DNA of 63,442 nt, filler included, from Rhabdomonas costata (taxonomy: Eukaryota), in the NCBI GenBank assembly GCA_019059605.1. It is 36 parts of 36 records of this genome, joined end to end, with 100 filler letters (N's around TTAATTAATTAA, not from the genome) between each part and the next. Parts side by side here need not be neighbours in the genome. Positions count along the whole stretch, not along the records: positions 49,428 to 51,092 come from JAHMHO010011046.1; positions 51,193 to 52,857 come from JAHMHO010011047.1; positions 52,958 to 54,622 come from JAHMHO010011048.1; positions 54,723 to 56,387 come from JAHMHO010011049.1; positions 56,488 to 58,152 come from JAHMHO010011050.1; positions 58,253 to 59,915 come from JAHMHO010011051.1; positions 60,016 to 61,679 come from JAHMHO010011052.1; positions 61,780 to 63,442 come from JAHMHO010011053.1; 28 more parts are not named here. One strand, written 5' to 3'. How positions within the stretch are numbered: position 1 is the first letter of the stretch; every line of letters begins with the position of its first letter. The position numbers and the translations under genes are program-made. The notes beneath the pieces were generated by a model. That model did not search any database. It worked only from the letters and a program-made list of their open reading frames with translations, and was not told where the DNA came from. Of the stretch, positions 50,351 to 62,637 are shown in pieces.

Positions 50351-51577
50351 TTCACGCATTATCCAGTTTACTCCACTCTTCCTCCCTGTCTCAGCTATGT
50401 GCGGACCCTTTGTGTACATTAGTTATGCTCTTGGTTCATAAAATCTGTGAGCGTCTGTGTGTGTGTTTGTGAAAGCGCTTGTTGTGCGAAAGATGTAATG
50501 GAGTTGTTATATCGATGGTCGATTGTAACGGTGTTCTTGTGAATCACAAATGTACAGATTTACCTATTACAACCACCTGATATGGGTGCCTGCCGCTACA
50601 TCTCGGAACTCTGACTGATTTGTGCTTCACTTTGTCTGACAATTTCTGTTATTTGGGGATTTACGGGAAAGAAAGCGAGCTAATAAGAGCTGTTCTACAA
50701 AGGGAAATGCTTGCATTGGAGGTACCCCTTGGTGTGGTGACATTACGAAAAGATTCTAAGCTGTATGTTAGGGCACATATCCTGATTGCGTGTAATATAT
50801 GACTTTTCGTATCTATATTGCATTTAATAATATTATAAATGAGCCAAAATCTGCACATTCTGCAGTAGGACGCGCTGTTGTCATATTTCGAATCCAACGT
50901 TGACTGCAGGGGGCCAGGGGGGGGGGTCGAGTTTGTAGTTGAAATTAACTCAAAGTGACCCAAAACAATAAAAATATGCAAGCCTATGGCCCCAAAACGG
51001 GCAAAATGGCCAAAAACAGGCAAAAAAAAAGAGCCCAGTGTATGGCACAGGCGTCATTGTCGGTGGAAGTGGGGTATTTTCAAAACACCACANNNNNNNN
51101 NNNNNNNNNNNNNNNNNNNNNNNNNNNNNNNNNNNNTTAATTAATTAANNNNNNNNNNNNNNNNNNNNNNNNNNNNNNNNNNNNNNNNNNNNGTGGGTGG
51201 TGTTGGGGGGACATAAAAAGATCAGAGACAGGTGATGGTAAGTTAAGTGCGAAACAGGGGTGGCAGGGCGGCGGGCGACGTTGAGAGCATAGAGGAAAGC
51301 ACGGCATGACTAAGGGAATGGGGTAGCGCGGATAGCGCGGTTAACGCGAAGTGCAAAAACGGTAAGGAATGGCGCAGCAATTCAAGCTGAGTGCCGGAAA
51401 GGCAGTGAGTTACTGAAGAAAAAGGAAGGGAGACTGGATCAGCCTCTGACGCTGTATTATCCTCAAGGACAATTTTCAGGGCGGCAGTATTCCGCGCTGT
51501 GGTAAACCAGAAGCAGGTAGGAAGCAGAGGACAGAGGATGCAACACCAGTAGTAGACGGTCGCCGCCTCAGAACGCC

Positions 51578-52692
51578 GGCTGCCTCGGCTGAGGCCAGCT
51601 TCAGGCATGCCCCCGCATCCGGGTGTTGGTACTGCCCCGAGAAGATCTGCACGCAGTCCGAAGCAAACCGAAGCATCCGCAGCGCGTGGCCCTCGTGGTC
51701 CATCTGAGGATACCGCAGCCCGGGAGGGAGACCCCCAATACCGCCGTTTGCCAGCAGACCTCCACTGCGGCAGCCCACACTTCCGCTCCGGCAGCTCGCC
51801 TTGCGCTCCCCTCGGTCGGTGCGGGTCAGCCCTGGGGGGCCGCAGATCGCGAAGTAGGCGTCCCCCACCGTGCTGACCTTGAACACCCCGTAGTATGCCG
51901 CCACCGTGTCCATCACCCCAAAAACGTACCCCAGCCACTCCAGCATCTGGGGAGCAGTGAGGCGGTTGGTTATTGCGCTGAAGTGGCAGATATCCGAGAA
52001 GAACACCGAGGCCTGCCGGGGGACAGGTAGCAGAATCCAAGGATGGGGGGAAAGAAGGGAGCAAGAGAAAAATATCAGCTGTTCTGAATTATGGCAACTT
52101 TGAAAAGTTTGGAAGTGGGAAGTGGGACTGCCGTAGGGGTCTGTACTTGTTCTTTCTTAAATCAGTCAAGGAGCAGCGGGGAGGACTGCAAAAGAGACAC
52201 ATTACCCTTCTTTACAAAAAAAAAGTAAAACATAATGTAAAACATTTCTCTCAACCAGCGCCGACGATTAAAACCGGACATCCAAAATTCAGCACGTCCT
52301 CGCATCGTGCACCGGTGCGCGCTGAGCGGCAGATTGCTCCAGCCGCGGCGGGGGTGAGCGTCGCCCACACAAAAAAACACTGTCTGAATCAATCCAAAAA
52401 GTCCCGCACCGTTTACAGCATTAAAGGTTTAGCTCCCCAACCAACCAAATACAACGCAATTTCGCACGAGGCCCACCTCGGGAGCCTGCACCACAATGGG
52501 ACACTCCCCGGCCAGCAGCTTCTCCGTCGCAAACCGCGGGTAGAAGGCGTCCACGAGCTCCTCGAAGCTCTCCTTCTGCTGCTGCACTGCCCGCCGCCCG
52601 CGCTTCCACGTCTCCTCTATCGTGTTCAACATCCGCCGCGCCGACACTCCAAGCAGAGCCACCCCAACGATCGCGGCGCCAACAGCAGTGCC
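51578..52692 (-). CDS. Membrane-anchored class III adenylate/guanylate cyclase; exons 52692-52477, 52012-51800, 51703-about 51578
   Basis: TM plus coiled coil, LVDAFYPRFATEKL, ASVFFSDICHFS, VFKVSTVGDAYFAICG and HALRMLRFA. Both metal-binding Asp residues are present. Confidence 0.9.
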
Positions 52693-53116
52693 CTGAAAGA
52701 GGTGTGTCGAGAAATAACTATGGATAAATCGAATTACTGCAGAAAGAGGAGAGAATCGAACGTACCCCCCACACACATTCCAAGACACACACACACACAC
52801 ACACACTACCCCACGAAAAATAAGAAGGAACGAAAACAAACCCCAAACACACCCACANNNNNNNNNNNNNNNNNNNNNNNNNNNNNNNNNNNNNNNNNNN
52901 NTTAATTAATTAANNNNNNNNNNNNNNNNNNNNNNNNNNNNNNNNNNNNNNNNNNNNGGGTGTGGGGTGAATACGTGCGCGTACAGAAGAGCGCGAAAGC
53001 CAGAACTAAAACAACTTGCATTTTCCGTTTCGCTCAACTGCTGAGAAGGGCAACCATTCATATAATTAAAGGTGAATCATGTTGGGACGCAAGGGAGAGT
53101 GCGGGTGGCAGCACAC

Positions 53117-53399
53117 TCAGAGCGAGCAGCAGGGTCCTGTAGTTGAACGAGGTGTCACCTTTGATGTCAGCGGCAAGCTCGTGACCACACAGGGCTTCGT
53201 AAGCCCGCGCCACCATATTGAGATGCCCACGGGGGCGGCTGCCAATGATCTCGATCAGCTCCGTATCACAGGTACCACGGCCCTTCATCGCGTGGTAAAG
53301 GCGGTCCGCGTCCGACTGGACGCCAGAGCCCATCGCGGGACCCATCGCAGGGGGGACTCCAAAAGGCATTGCATGCGGAGGGTAACCTGGGAAAGCCAT
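53117..53399 (-). CDS. Annexin, first exon
   Basis: A Gly/Pro/Tyr-rich N-terminus, then DADRLYHAMKGRGTCDTELIEIIGSR...AY...G.EL..DIKGDTS.NY..LL.AL (annexin repeat 1). Confidence 0.92.
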
Positions 53400-54153
53400 T
53401 GTAAGCCACAAAGGTGCCTGCCAAGGGTGCCTAAAAATCTGCCAATAGAAGTAATGCGTTGCGCACTCATACTCGCCTGTTTCCGATCTAAACCCCCTCC
53501 CACGGCTGGCAATCGAAAATAGGGAGCGGCACAGAAGTAAAGCTTCGAAAAGGTAAGGGGGACTTGTCAACAAAAACAGCACTGCCAGAGTTGGCCTGGT
53601 TTTTCGACAAACGTAAAAAAAAAGCATGTGGTGAAAAACTTAACAGAAACATATAACTAATAAAATGCGCAAAAATTAAAATACGTAGCAATTGGTCTTC
53701 GCTGGTTCGGTGGCAAGGAAAGGATCATGAATCCTGTTTGCCTTTCCTCGTGAGTTTAATTTACCACAATGCAAGCTGAGCAGAGTTTGGGTACGGGGAA
53801 TGTGAGATGCCACAACTGCAAGACGAAAAACGGATCACTAGGCAAGCACCCAGTACAGGTCCGAGTTCACAAACCACCTTTCCCATTCCCAGCGCATGCA
53901 AATAACCGCATTTTGTAGTTGTGGCTGCGGAGGCAACCCCACTCAAACAGACATAAGCGCACTTCAAAAGGAAATAGGATCAGTATTTACAAAGGCCGGG
54001 AAAACAACGGCCCAACCATACATCATGATCAGCACCGTCCCTGCATGGGGCAGGTGACGAAAGGTAGAAGCTCATGAGACCTGGAAACACTGTGAAAAAA
54101 CATATCCGCTCACCCATTTCCAACTATAGCCTCCTCCCGCCTGCCGGTTCAGC

Positions 54154-54622
54154 TCATTGCTGTCCACTGCTGCGGGGGCGCTTTCGGGCGACATCGGCGC
54201 GGCAGCACGGACAGTGCGTGTTGCGCAGCAGCCACCGCACGATGCACTCGCTGTGGAAGCCATGGCCGCAGCCCAGCTGCCTGCACAACTCTCCCTCCGA
54301 GAAGCGCTCCAGGCAGATGCTGCACTCCGACCCTGCCCCACCTACAAATGCGAAAACCTCTTCGATCAAACGCAGATTATTTCTACAGGTAGACAGCTGG
54401 GTTCATATGCATTCTCATTGCACATTGCCCATTCAACCATTTCCCTCCAGATAAGGCACCAGTCGACCAGTCGGCAGACTGACAATGTACAGTAGGAAGT
54501 GTATGAAGAGAGCAAAAAATATAGAATGACACAGAAAGAAAAAAGGGCTCACCCATTGCTGCGACGAACGCGAATTCAGGGATCTTCGCAATCTGCTGCT
54601 TGGAGAGTCCGACAAAACCCAC
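54154..54622 (-). CDS. RING-H2 E3 ligase C-terminus; exons 54622-54553, 54341-54154
   Basis: GLSKQQIAKIP...CSICLERF...LGCGHGFHSECIVRWL...CPCCR, with an in-phase GT-AG intron. Confidence 0.9.
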
Positions 54623-54770
54623 NNNNNNNNNNNNNNNNNNNNNNNNNNNNNNNNNNNNNNNNNNNNTTAATTAATTAANNNNNNNNNNNNNNNNNNNNNN
54701 NNNNNNNNNNNNNNNNNNNNNNGGTGGATTGGTGCTCCTGCCAGGAAGACGAGATGCATTCTAAATAAGC

Positions 54771-54802
54771 TGTTGAAATGTTGAAATGTTGAAATGTTGA
54801 AA
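54771..54802. repeat. (TGTTGAAA)x4 minisatellite
   Basis: Read directly from the sequence. Confidence 0.9.
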
Positions 54803-57800
54803 TAAGAGCAATACACCAAAATCGAAATCCTTGTTAGCCTACCAACAAGACAGAAACTGAATGTAAGGCCATTGGTAAAAACTCTGCACAAGGAGTAGCC
54901 TGCTACACAAAGAGGGAGCAGTTCGTACCCGTAACTTCTGGTCTGTTTCCGCACCGAATCCCTCCTCCACAGAGCAAATGCAAAATAGCCAGGAGGATGT
55001 TTCCACGAGTGATGCACATGATCGACGGTGGGTAGAGGGTGAGCAAAATACAAGTAAGAGAGTAAGGGAGAAATTGCCCCAGCCACCGTCTAGTCTCACG
55101 TACAAATTTTCATGTCTATCTTTTTTTTTGCCGCAACTCAATTACTCCGTCCTCTTGACCAGCTGGAACTGTGCTGCAGAGTTTTTTGCCGCAGAGTCGA
55201 TCCCTCGGCCCTTTCGGTAACGGGATCTCTGATGCGCGGGTGTAGACGTGTGGGTGAAATCTCCCGGAGAGAGCACGGCCCTTCAACCCCAACGCAAGCG
55301 CACATCTCGCGTACGCAGTAAACCACGCGGGGAGCAAGGCTGGAAGCAATGAGCAGCGGTGGAAGGCGTGAGGCAGTGACAGCGGATGGCAATGCAAACC
55401 TGACCAGCATCACAATTTCCCAAGCAGGGCGGCTCAGCCATTATGCGGTGCTGTCAAAACTGCCACAGAAAGGTGGGTGACGGGACAGGAAAAAGTAGCG
55501 AGCATTTTCATACTGCCAGGCAAATCGCACCCCTATGTGGTGCCTACCAATATGAAAACATCTGGTGCACGTCTCCGCGCCAGTTGACGCATGGAGATCA
55601 AACCAAAGCCCAACGCTCACCAGCAAAGCCAGACTGTGCGTTGAAAACACTGATGATTCCAGGCAACGATATGCAACCTTCCGGAAATTTGTATTTGCGA
55701 AACAACAACAAACGCAACACATCATACGACTGCAAAGGCCGTAGAGGCCCAAGCTGCTGCCATCAAGTCGTCTGTAATAATTCCAGACAATAAAATATCT
55801 CAGCAGTCGCATTGGGAAGTTGGTACTTTCTCACCTTCCCCAATCTGTGGTGACGTTGAAAGTGGATGAAGCTCTTCCATGAGCCTCAACCCTTCTCAAT
55901 GCTGGCAGTTGTTTTGATCGGCAAAAACACAGCAACGTTATTATTATATATCTGGAATTCAGCCATCAGCTTCTCTTTGGCCCCAAAGCAGGATGATGGA
56001 AAACTCAGGGATCATGAGCAGGTGCACGTCCCTTTCCTTTTGTGCATCTGTATGTCTGTGTGAGGAGTTTTGTGAGAGAAACGTAAGCACAAACACAAAG
56101 AGAGAAAGAGAAGCTGGAGAGAATTCACGCAAGTCGGCGTCCATAGGACGCCAATTCCATCTGGTGGATATACACTCTCACCCACCCCATCATTTCCGTC
56201 GCCCCCGCAAAAAGCCCAAGCACACACACACAAAGGATCTCACGGCAGTGATCCCATCTCAGCAGCCATGAGACAACCAACCCAGAGCACCACCCAAAGC
56301 CAACAAATGCAGGCTTCGGCTCTCTCTCTCACTTTGTAGAAATGAAATCACGAAAGGTGGGCAAAACTCGAACAGAAGTCAAGAGAGNNNNNNNNNNNNN
56401 NNNNNNNNNNNNNNNNNNNNNNNNNNNNNNNTTAATTAATTAANNNNNNNNNNNNNNNNNNNNNNNNNNNNNNNNNNNNNNNNNNNNTTTTGATTTCCAC
56501 AAAAGCCACAACAGTCCAGACGTGGAGTCTGAGGGTCCTCCCGAAAGGGACACACCTTCCACCACAGATAGTCCTGGAGCGTCGTGATCACTGGGGAGAC
56601 CTGCTTGTCCAGATGCCCGCGTGTCTGTGGAAACCAAACCACCTCCCACTTTGCAACCAACATAGTAAAATCTCAGAACTCTTGCAATGCCGAGAGGAAA
56701 TCGAGGTTCATCGCGTCCCGAGTGAGACGCTAACATAACTTAATGGTAAGTAACTTAAAAAGCTGATGTGCGATTGAACACAACAGCTTGTCCAGGCCCT
56801 GGGAAGGCCGAGGCGAAAACAAAACTTGACAACCCAATTCCAGGCACCAACCCAAACCATCAGTTCACCCACAAGCCGAATAACATTGGATGCGTGTGTG
56901 TTTCTTTTCTGTCTTTACATCACACAAACAAACATAAACGCGAACAAACGGATACAACTGTCCCCAAGTCAAAGAAGAAAGCCTTGGATGGGTCGATCAC
57001 CGTCGATAACTACTCGATTAATTATACTTTCTTTCTCAGAATTTTCCCGAAATGGGCCTCGAATGTCGATTTTTGCAGTTTGGTTGCTCGATTACAGATG
57101 ACCGAGGAGCGAAAACTTGGAAAAATGACCGAAAACTTCCACCAACAGAATATCACTCGCTCGATTACCGATTACCGCGACACGATTACCACCCAAGCGC
57201 AATTTTTTCACTGGTCGATCACCGAATACGTGGATCGATACGCGGATCGTGAGTCGACTGAATATCCTTGCAACTCACTAATAATTGAAGGGGAAACGCA
57301 CCCACCTGCGCGAGAGGGGGGCTGCATAAGCTGAGGAAAGTGGGTTGGGGGGTCAAGGACGCATCCCTAACCTAATTTCAGGCTGAGATCAGCGAGTGAG
57401 TGAGTGAGGGAGGGAGTGGTCCACACCAAGAGCACGAACACGGCGGCCTGAAAGGGATCCTTGGCCTGGTGCCGGGCGCTCTCCCACCCCGCCTTCACAT
57501 CAGCGGAGGCTTGGTAAGCTTGCCTGAGACACAACGAAGGTTTTTGGTGTCAAAGAAATTTTCGGAGTCGCAGCTCGCTTTGTTGTCTCACACAACCCCG
57601 CAAGCGAAGCGATAACTAACAGCTAAACGGGAGGTTGTCAGTGACATGCAATTTCTGCACTTACAACAAAATGTCAACTCTACGGGTGTCTGCTGAAACT
57701 CCCGCTGGAAGGTGCTGGATGGCGCTGGGTGTCGGTAGATGGCTTCGGCCGCTGGACACAGTGTTGCACCGACCTCAAGGTTCAATTCAATTCAATTTCA

Positions 57801-58877
57801 ACTGTTCAAAGTTCCAGGCGACCAGTTCAAAGTTCAACCTCACGACCGTCGCAAGGTAGCAAGGTTCATCCCGGTGTATGCGTCCCCCATGCCTGGAAAG
57901 TCAACCGGGAGTCATCCTCGAAGAGGCTGTGGCGTCGGCTCTCAGTGCGGTGGCTCAGGGGTGACGCAGTCCCTGCTGCGCGGTTTCGATGGGTCGTGGC
58001 TTTGTCAAGGTGAGCATCCCCACTTGAGAGACATGGAGCCTCCGGGGTTTACGTGGCAGCGGCCCAAGCGACAGCTGATTCCGGTTCTGTTTGTTCGTTG
58101 GGTGGTCTGTTTTTGGGTGCCGTGTTCTTTCGGCGTCCCGCACCCCCCACACNNNNNNNNNNNNNNNNNNNNNNNNNNNNNNNNNNNNNNNNNNNNTTAA
58201 TTAATTAANNNNNNNNNNNNNNNNNNNNNNNNNNNNNNNNNNNNNNNNNNNNGGTGGTTGGTTTCCAAAGAAAAAAAAGAACAAAGGGATAAAGCATACA
58301 CTGCTATGGGTCACTCGGGGCGCCAAGAAGGCCTCCGTGAAGCCCACGCGGTCCCCGACGGCGACGTTGACGGGCTGCAAGCCAATACGCGGTAGTCAAT
58401 ACACGGGCGAAGCGAGGCCACCCACAAGACGCAAAACAGGAGCCATGCTACAAGGACGCTTGCGGCACATTGGTGAATGCTATAAATGGAACTCGCACAA
58501 CGGTTCGGAGCTTAGATGGGTATGGGTGATGCAAAGGGTGGCTGTAATCTCACACAAAACGCACAACCGTACGCTTTCTTATTGCCAAAGCTAAGTGCAG
58601 TGTATTAACACTGCTAAAACAACGATAACTTCGGGGTGTAGGCAACACAACAGCACGAAAATAATAAACCAAGCACTTCCCCTGCCTTGCAATAAATGGT
58701 TTGTGGCCAGTTTCTGGAAAGGCACTTCTCTTTGGATAATGCGTTCTTCGGCGACATCCCCAGGTGTACGACTGCTGCTGTGAACCGTACTTCTTCCAAA
58801 GAAGGGAAGAAGGGGCTCATCCACGAAGTCACCAGAGGAAGCTTGGGATTGGGGTGGGGCCAAGGCGGGGCTCCAAC

Positions 58878-59057
58878 CGTCACGGTGGAGAGCAGGTTGT
58901 GCCTTCTCAGGTTCATCACAAGGTAGCGGAAGTTTCGGGGTACCGGCTCCACGCTCAGGACTCTCACCCCCGGGAACTTCCGGGCCACCAGCACGGCAAA
59001 CGTTCCCAGGTGAGCACCGACGTCCACGACAACATCGCCCTGTTGTGCGATCATCCC
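58878..59057 (-). CDS. FkbM-family SAM methyltransferase exon
   Basis: DVVVDVGAHLGTFAV...RVLSVEPVPRNFRYLVMNL. Confidence 0.85.
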
Positions 59058-60549
59058 CTCTTCACAAAACACTGAGAGTGGGCGCGCCAGAGAGTTTGAA
59101 CTGCAGCAGCAATTTCTTTGTAAAAAAGGGCAACTTTTAGTTGCGTACAAAAGGATTGAGGGATTACTACTTTATAGAGCAGAAAACAACGGGGCATAAA
59201 AAGGAAACAGAAAAAGTTGACAGCCAGCAGTAAACAACAAAATCCTCAAAATCATCATTCATCATCACTAATTATCGCACATCAAGTGTTCTGGTGTGAG
59301 GAGGAGAGTAAGAGGAAGCAACTGTGTTTTTTTGTGAAAGATGGGCGTGGCGTTACACGCCCCTCCCAATGCAACAGGTCCGCGCTCGAAAGTAAAGGGC
59401 TTAAAGTAATTGTTAGTTGCGCAATATAAAAGCTCATTACCATTTTAAAAAGGAGAAGAAACAAAACAAGGAAAGTGGACTTCCAGCAGTGATCAACTAT
59501 CGTCCCCCGTCACAAAGCAAAATGCCCAGACACACACAGAGAACGCACTGCGGGGCAGTTACACCGGCCTAAGATTCCAGCGAAGCAACCCAAAGGCGTC
59601 TGCTCGACGGTGTTGTTGCGGAAGTTGCGGCTCAAGCCTTCCGTCTGGAAGGGCTCCGTCAGGGGCAGTGGAGGGCCAGACATCAGGAAGTCCGGGTACG
59701 GCAGAGTCGAGGACAGCTTGCGGTGTGAAAACTGTAGCGGTCGTGAAAGAGGATCCAAGTCAGACCACCCGTCCGCAAACACAAACTGAAGCTCAGATGA
59801 GGTCCATAGGCTCACTCATCCTCCGAAAGGCGCTCTATCAGACCTATCCGGAGAAAAGGCAAATGCCCAAATCCGCTGTCGTGTCAATCAAAAGGAGAAC
59901 ACTCTACCCACACACNNNNNNNNNNNNNNNNNNNNNNNNNNNNNNNNNNNNNNNNNNNNTTAATTAATTAANNNNNNNNNNNNNNNNNNNNNNNNNNNNN
60001 NNNNNNNNNNNNNNNGGGGTTGGGGGTGGAAGCACCTTACATTGTGACGTCGTTGCGTGTGTGGGCAGCGCCACGGTTTTAGCTAGCGTGATCAGAGAGG
60101 AGGCGAAGACGCCTTCAAACCACAACTGGAGTCCTGAAAGGTCTCCCGCAGCTGCTGTTAAAAAACTCGCAGGGCTTCCTAACTCTTCAAATAGCCGTAC
60201 AAGTGCTGCTGCGAGTTCAAAATGCATATTTCCGACCCAAATCGAACGCCCTCTGGTGGGATGTATTCCCATTGTTATCTCCAATGTCCGAGAAGCTCCA
60301 TCGTTTTGTTCGTTTGATTGTTCTCCTGTTGCAGGTTTTCTTCTGCTTTTTGGCGTTTTCGTTTGCCTTTTCTCTGCCATTCATTGCTCGCCGTGCGTGT
60401 GCCCGAGCGTGTACGCAGCTTCATTTTTCATACGATTTTCAGTTTCATAGGTTTTCGGTGGTCAGAGTTCGCGGTAGAGCGGGGAGGGCTGGTTAGGCGC
60501 CTTGCTCCCCCCCAACTTTTTTCCTGCACGCTGCCCTTTGCTGGGGCAA

Positions 60550-61391
60550 ATGTCGCACTCGCCGGCGGGCATCTGCTCGCACATCGCGGACCTCACGGGG
60601 AACACCCCAATGGTTTACCTCAACAAGATCTTCACCGGTTCGCTCTTTTTTTTTTGCGTTTGCTCGGGCATCTTAGGTTTATTATCTTTCTGCTTTCGGA
60701 CGCTCAAGTGTATGGTTTGCTGTTTGCTGTGTCGCTGAGATCTGATGGAAATGTTGGTGATGCAATATTGGGGAGTTTTGTGAGTTGATGTTCTGGAGAA
60801 AGGGAATGCCGCCTATCACAGCTTTGCGAATCTACTTACTGCCTTGACCACCCTTTGGGCGGGAGGGGGCGACCCTACCCATATCGTTATGCCCCAACGT
60901 CATGTGATGTCAGCAACACAATTGCGTTTTATCACCCCAAGACACCTAAATCTTCACATTAAATCACTGAGGAAGTGGGGGGGAGAGGGAGGCTGCCCTT
61001 TTAAACCCTTTCAACTTCTCTGTTTAAATACCCCGTTGCATACGGGCACCCCCACCCGGACTTCGCAGGTGACCAGGTGTCAGAGCGCTAACCATGGCAT
61101 TTGGATGTCTGCCTCGCTTCTCGGCTGGACTGTGATTTCTGCACAGGAAAGGCGAAGATTGCAGGGAAGCTGGAGAGCGCCAACCCGTGCCTCTCTGTGA
61201 AGGACCGAATAGGTGTGTATATCAGTGTGTATGCGAGTGCCGTCTCTTTCTCAAAGCCGCGTTCATGACAGCGGAAAGCGCCACACCCAAATGAAACGAT
61301 ATCCTTTCTCTGCTCTCGTCTCTCCGCCGCTTCCGCGCGTTCGCATACCTGCGCGCAGGTAAAGCGATGATCGATGATGCGGAACAGAAGG
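60550..61391 (+). CDS. cysK: Cysteine synthase (O-acetylserine thiol-lyase), N-terminus; exons 60550-60637, 61147-61212, 61359-61391
   Basis: IADLTGNTPMVYL, KLESANPCLSVKDRIG (PLP lysine) and AMIDDAEQKG. Three phase-1 GT donors. Confidence 0.9.
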
Positions 61392-62637
61392 GTATGTGCC
61401 CCCCTCCCCCTAGCCTATTTTTTCACCAGTTTTTTGCCCAATAACCGGAAGCTGTATCCCAAAACGTTGTCTTCTGGTATAATTCCCGAGCGTGGGTTTG
61501 CCTTTCAGGGGCGCTTGCTGACCCAAGGTCAACAGTTGTTAGGTTTTTTCTTCACACGTCACAACTGTTCGAATGATGTTTGTGGGCACCTTCGCGGCCC
61601 TTCAGGTCGCTGCTCCCTATTTATCGAATTCACAGGAGACATGTGCCCAAAAGAGCAGTTGAGAGAAAGCCCAAAAAACNNNNNNNNNNNNNNNNNNNNN
61701 NNNNNNNNNNNNNNNNNNNNNNNTTAATTAATTAANNNNNNNNNNNNNNNNNNNNNNNNNNNNNNNNNNNNNNNNNNNNTTTGTGTTTTTAATCCCCATT
61801 CCAGAGCGTTACTTATACACTTACTTTTGCACTGATACACTTGTAGCTTCAAGTTCACAGCTCTGTGTTTGTTTTTCACATGTGATGTGTTGTGGAAATT
61901 CCATTTTGGTGTATATATTGGTGTATTTTATATTGATATTATTTTGGTGTATATTGTCCTACCTTCTCTGGTATTAACGTTTGAGTTCCTCACATCTGAT
62001 GCGTTATAGAAAATTCTTATGTTGTATATCGTCCTGCCTTCTTTGGTATTGTGTTAACGCTTCCCTCATGGCACGGAAAAACTCCTTATTATTATCCGGC
62101 AGGGCCCGTACAGCAACCGCAAGCTTTGGCCTCAGAAGCACACGGGAAGGGCCCGCACGGGGTCTGCGAACTCTCCGATACGGACCACTCTAGTGAAAGC
62201 CCACCCGGAACGTCCCCTGGACAAGACCTATTCCATTGGGCAGCCTGTGAAGGTTCTGGGAGTGCGGATGGCGCTGACTGTGGCGCGAGTGCAGAAGAGG
62301 CTCTTCGTATGCACTGTGTCACGACCCCTCCCCCCCTTTGCCAAGAGGAGTGCTTTTCGTGTATAAACACATCCTTCCGCGTTTCCTAAACAAAGGTCTT
62401 CCGACGTAGGGCACTTCATCTCAGAAAGTTGTTGGGGAGAGGGGGGGAGCGAAGCGTTGTGGTTGAGCAGTGATTGGGGTTGATCGACGTCGAGATGGTC
62501 ACGCGTTGCCGTGGTTTGGATTCCCGCAACACCCGCTTGTGTGAATGCTTAGAGAATTGCGCAACTCTGGCGGGGTGCTGCTGCATTCGCCATCCTTCAG
62601 CATAATCCCATAAGCTCTCTGCAAATTACCAAAACAG

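Noticed and set aside
1667-61779. Regularly spaced TTAATTAATTAA repeats with unique inserts (CRISPR-like or satellite periodicity)
   Set aside because: They are N-flanked six-frame-stop linkers added during concatenation, not biology.
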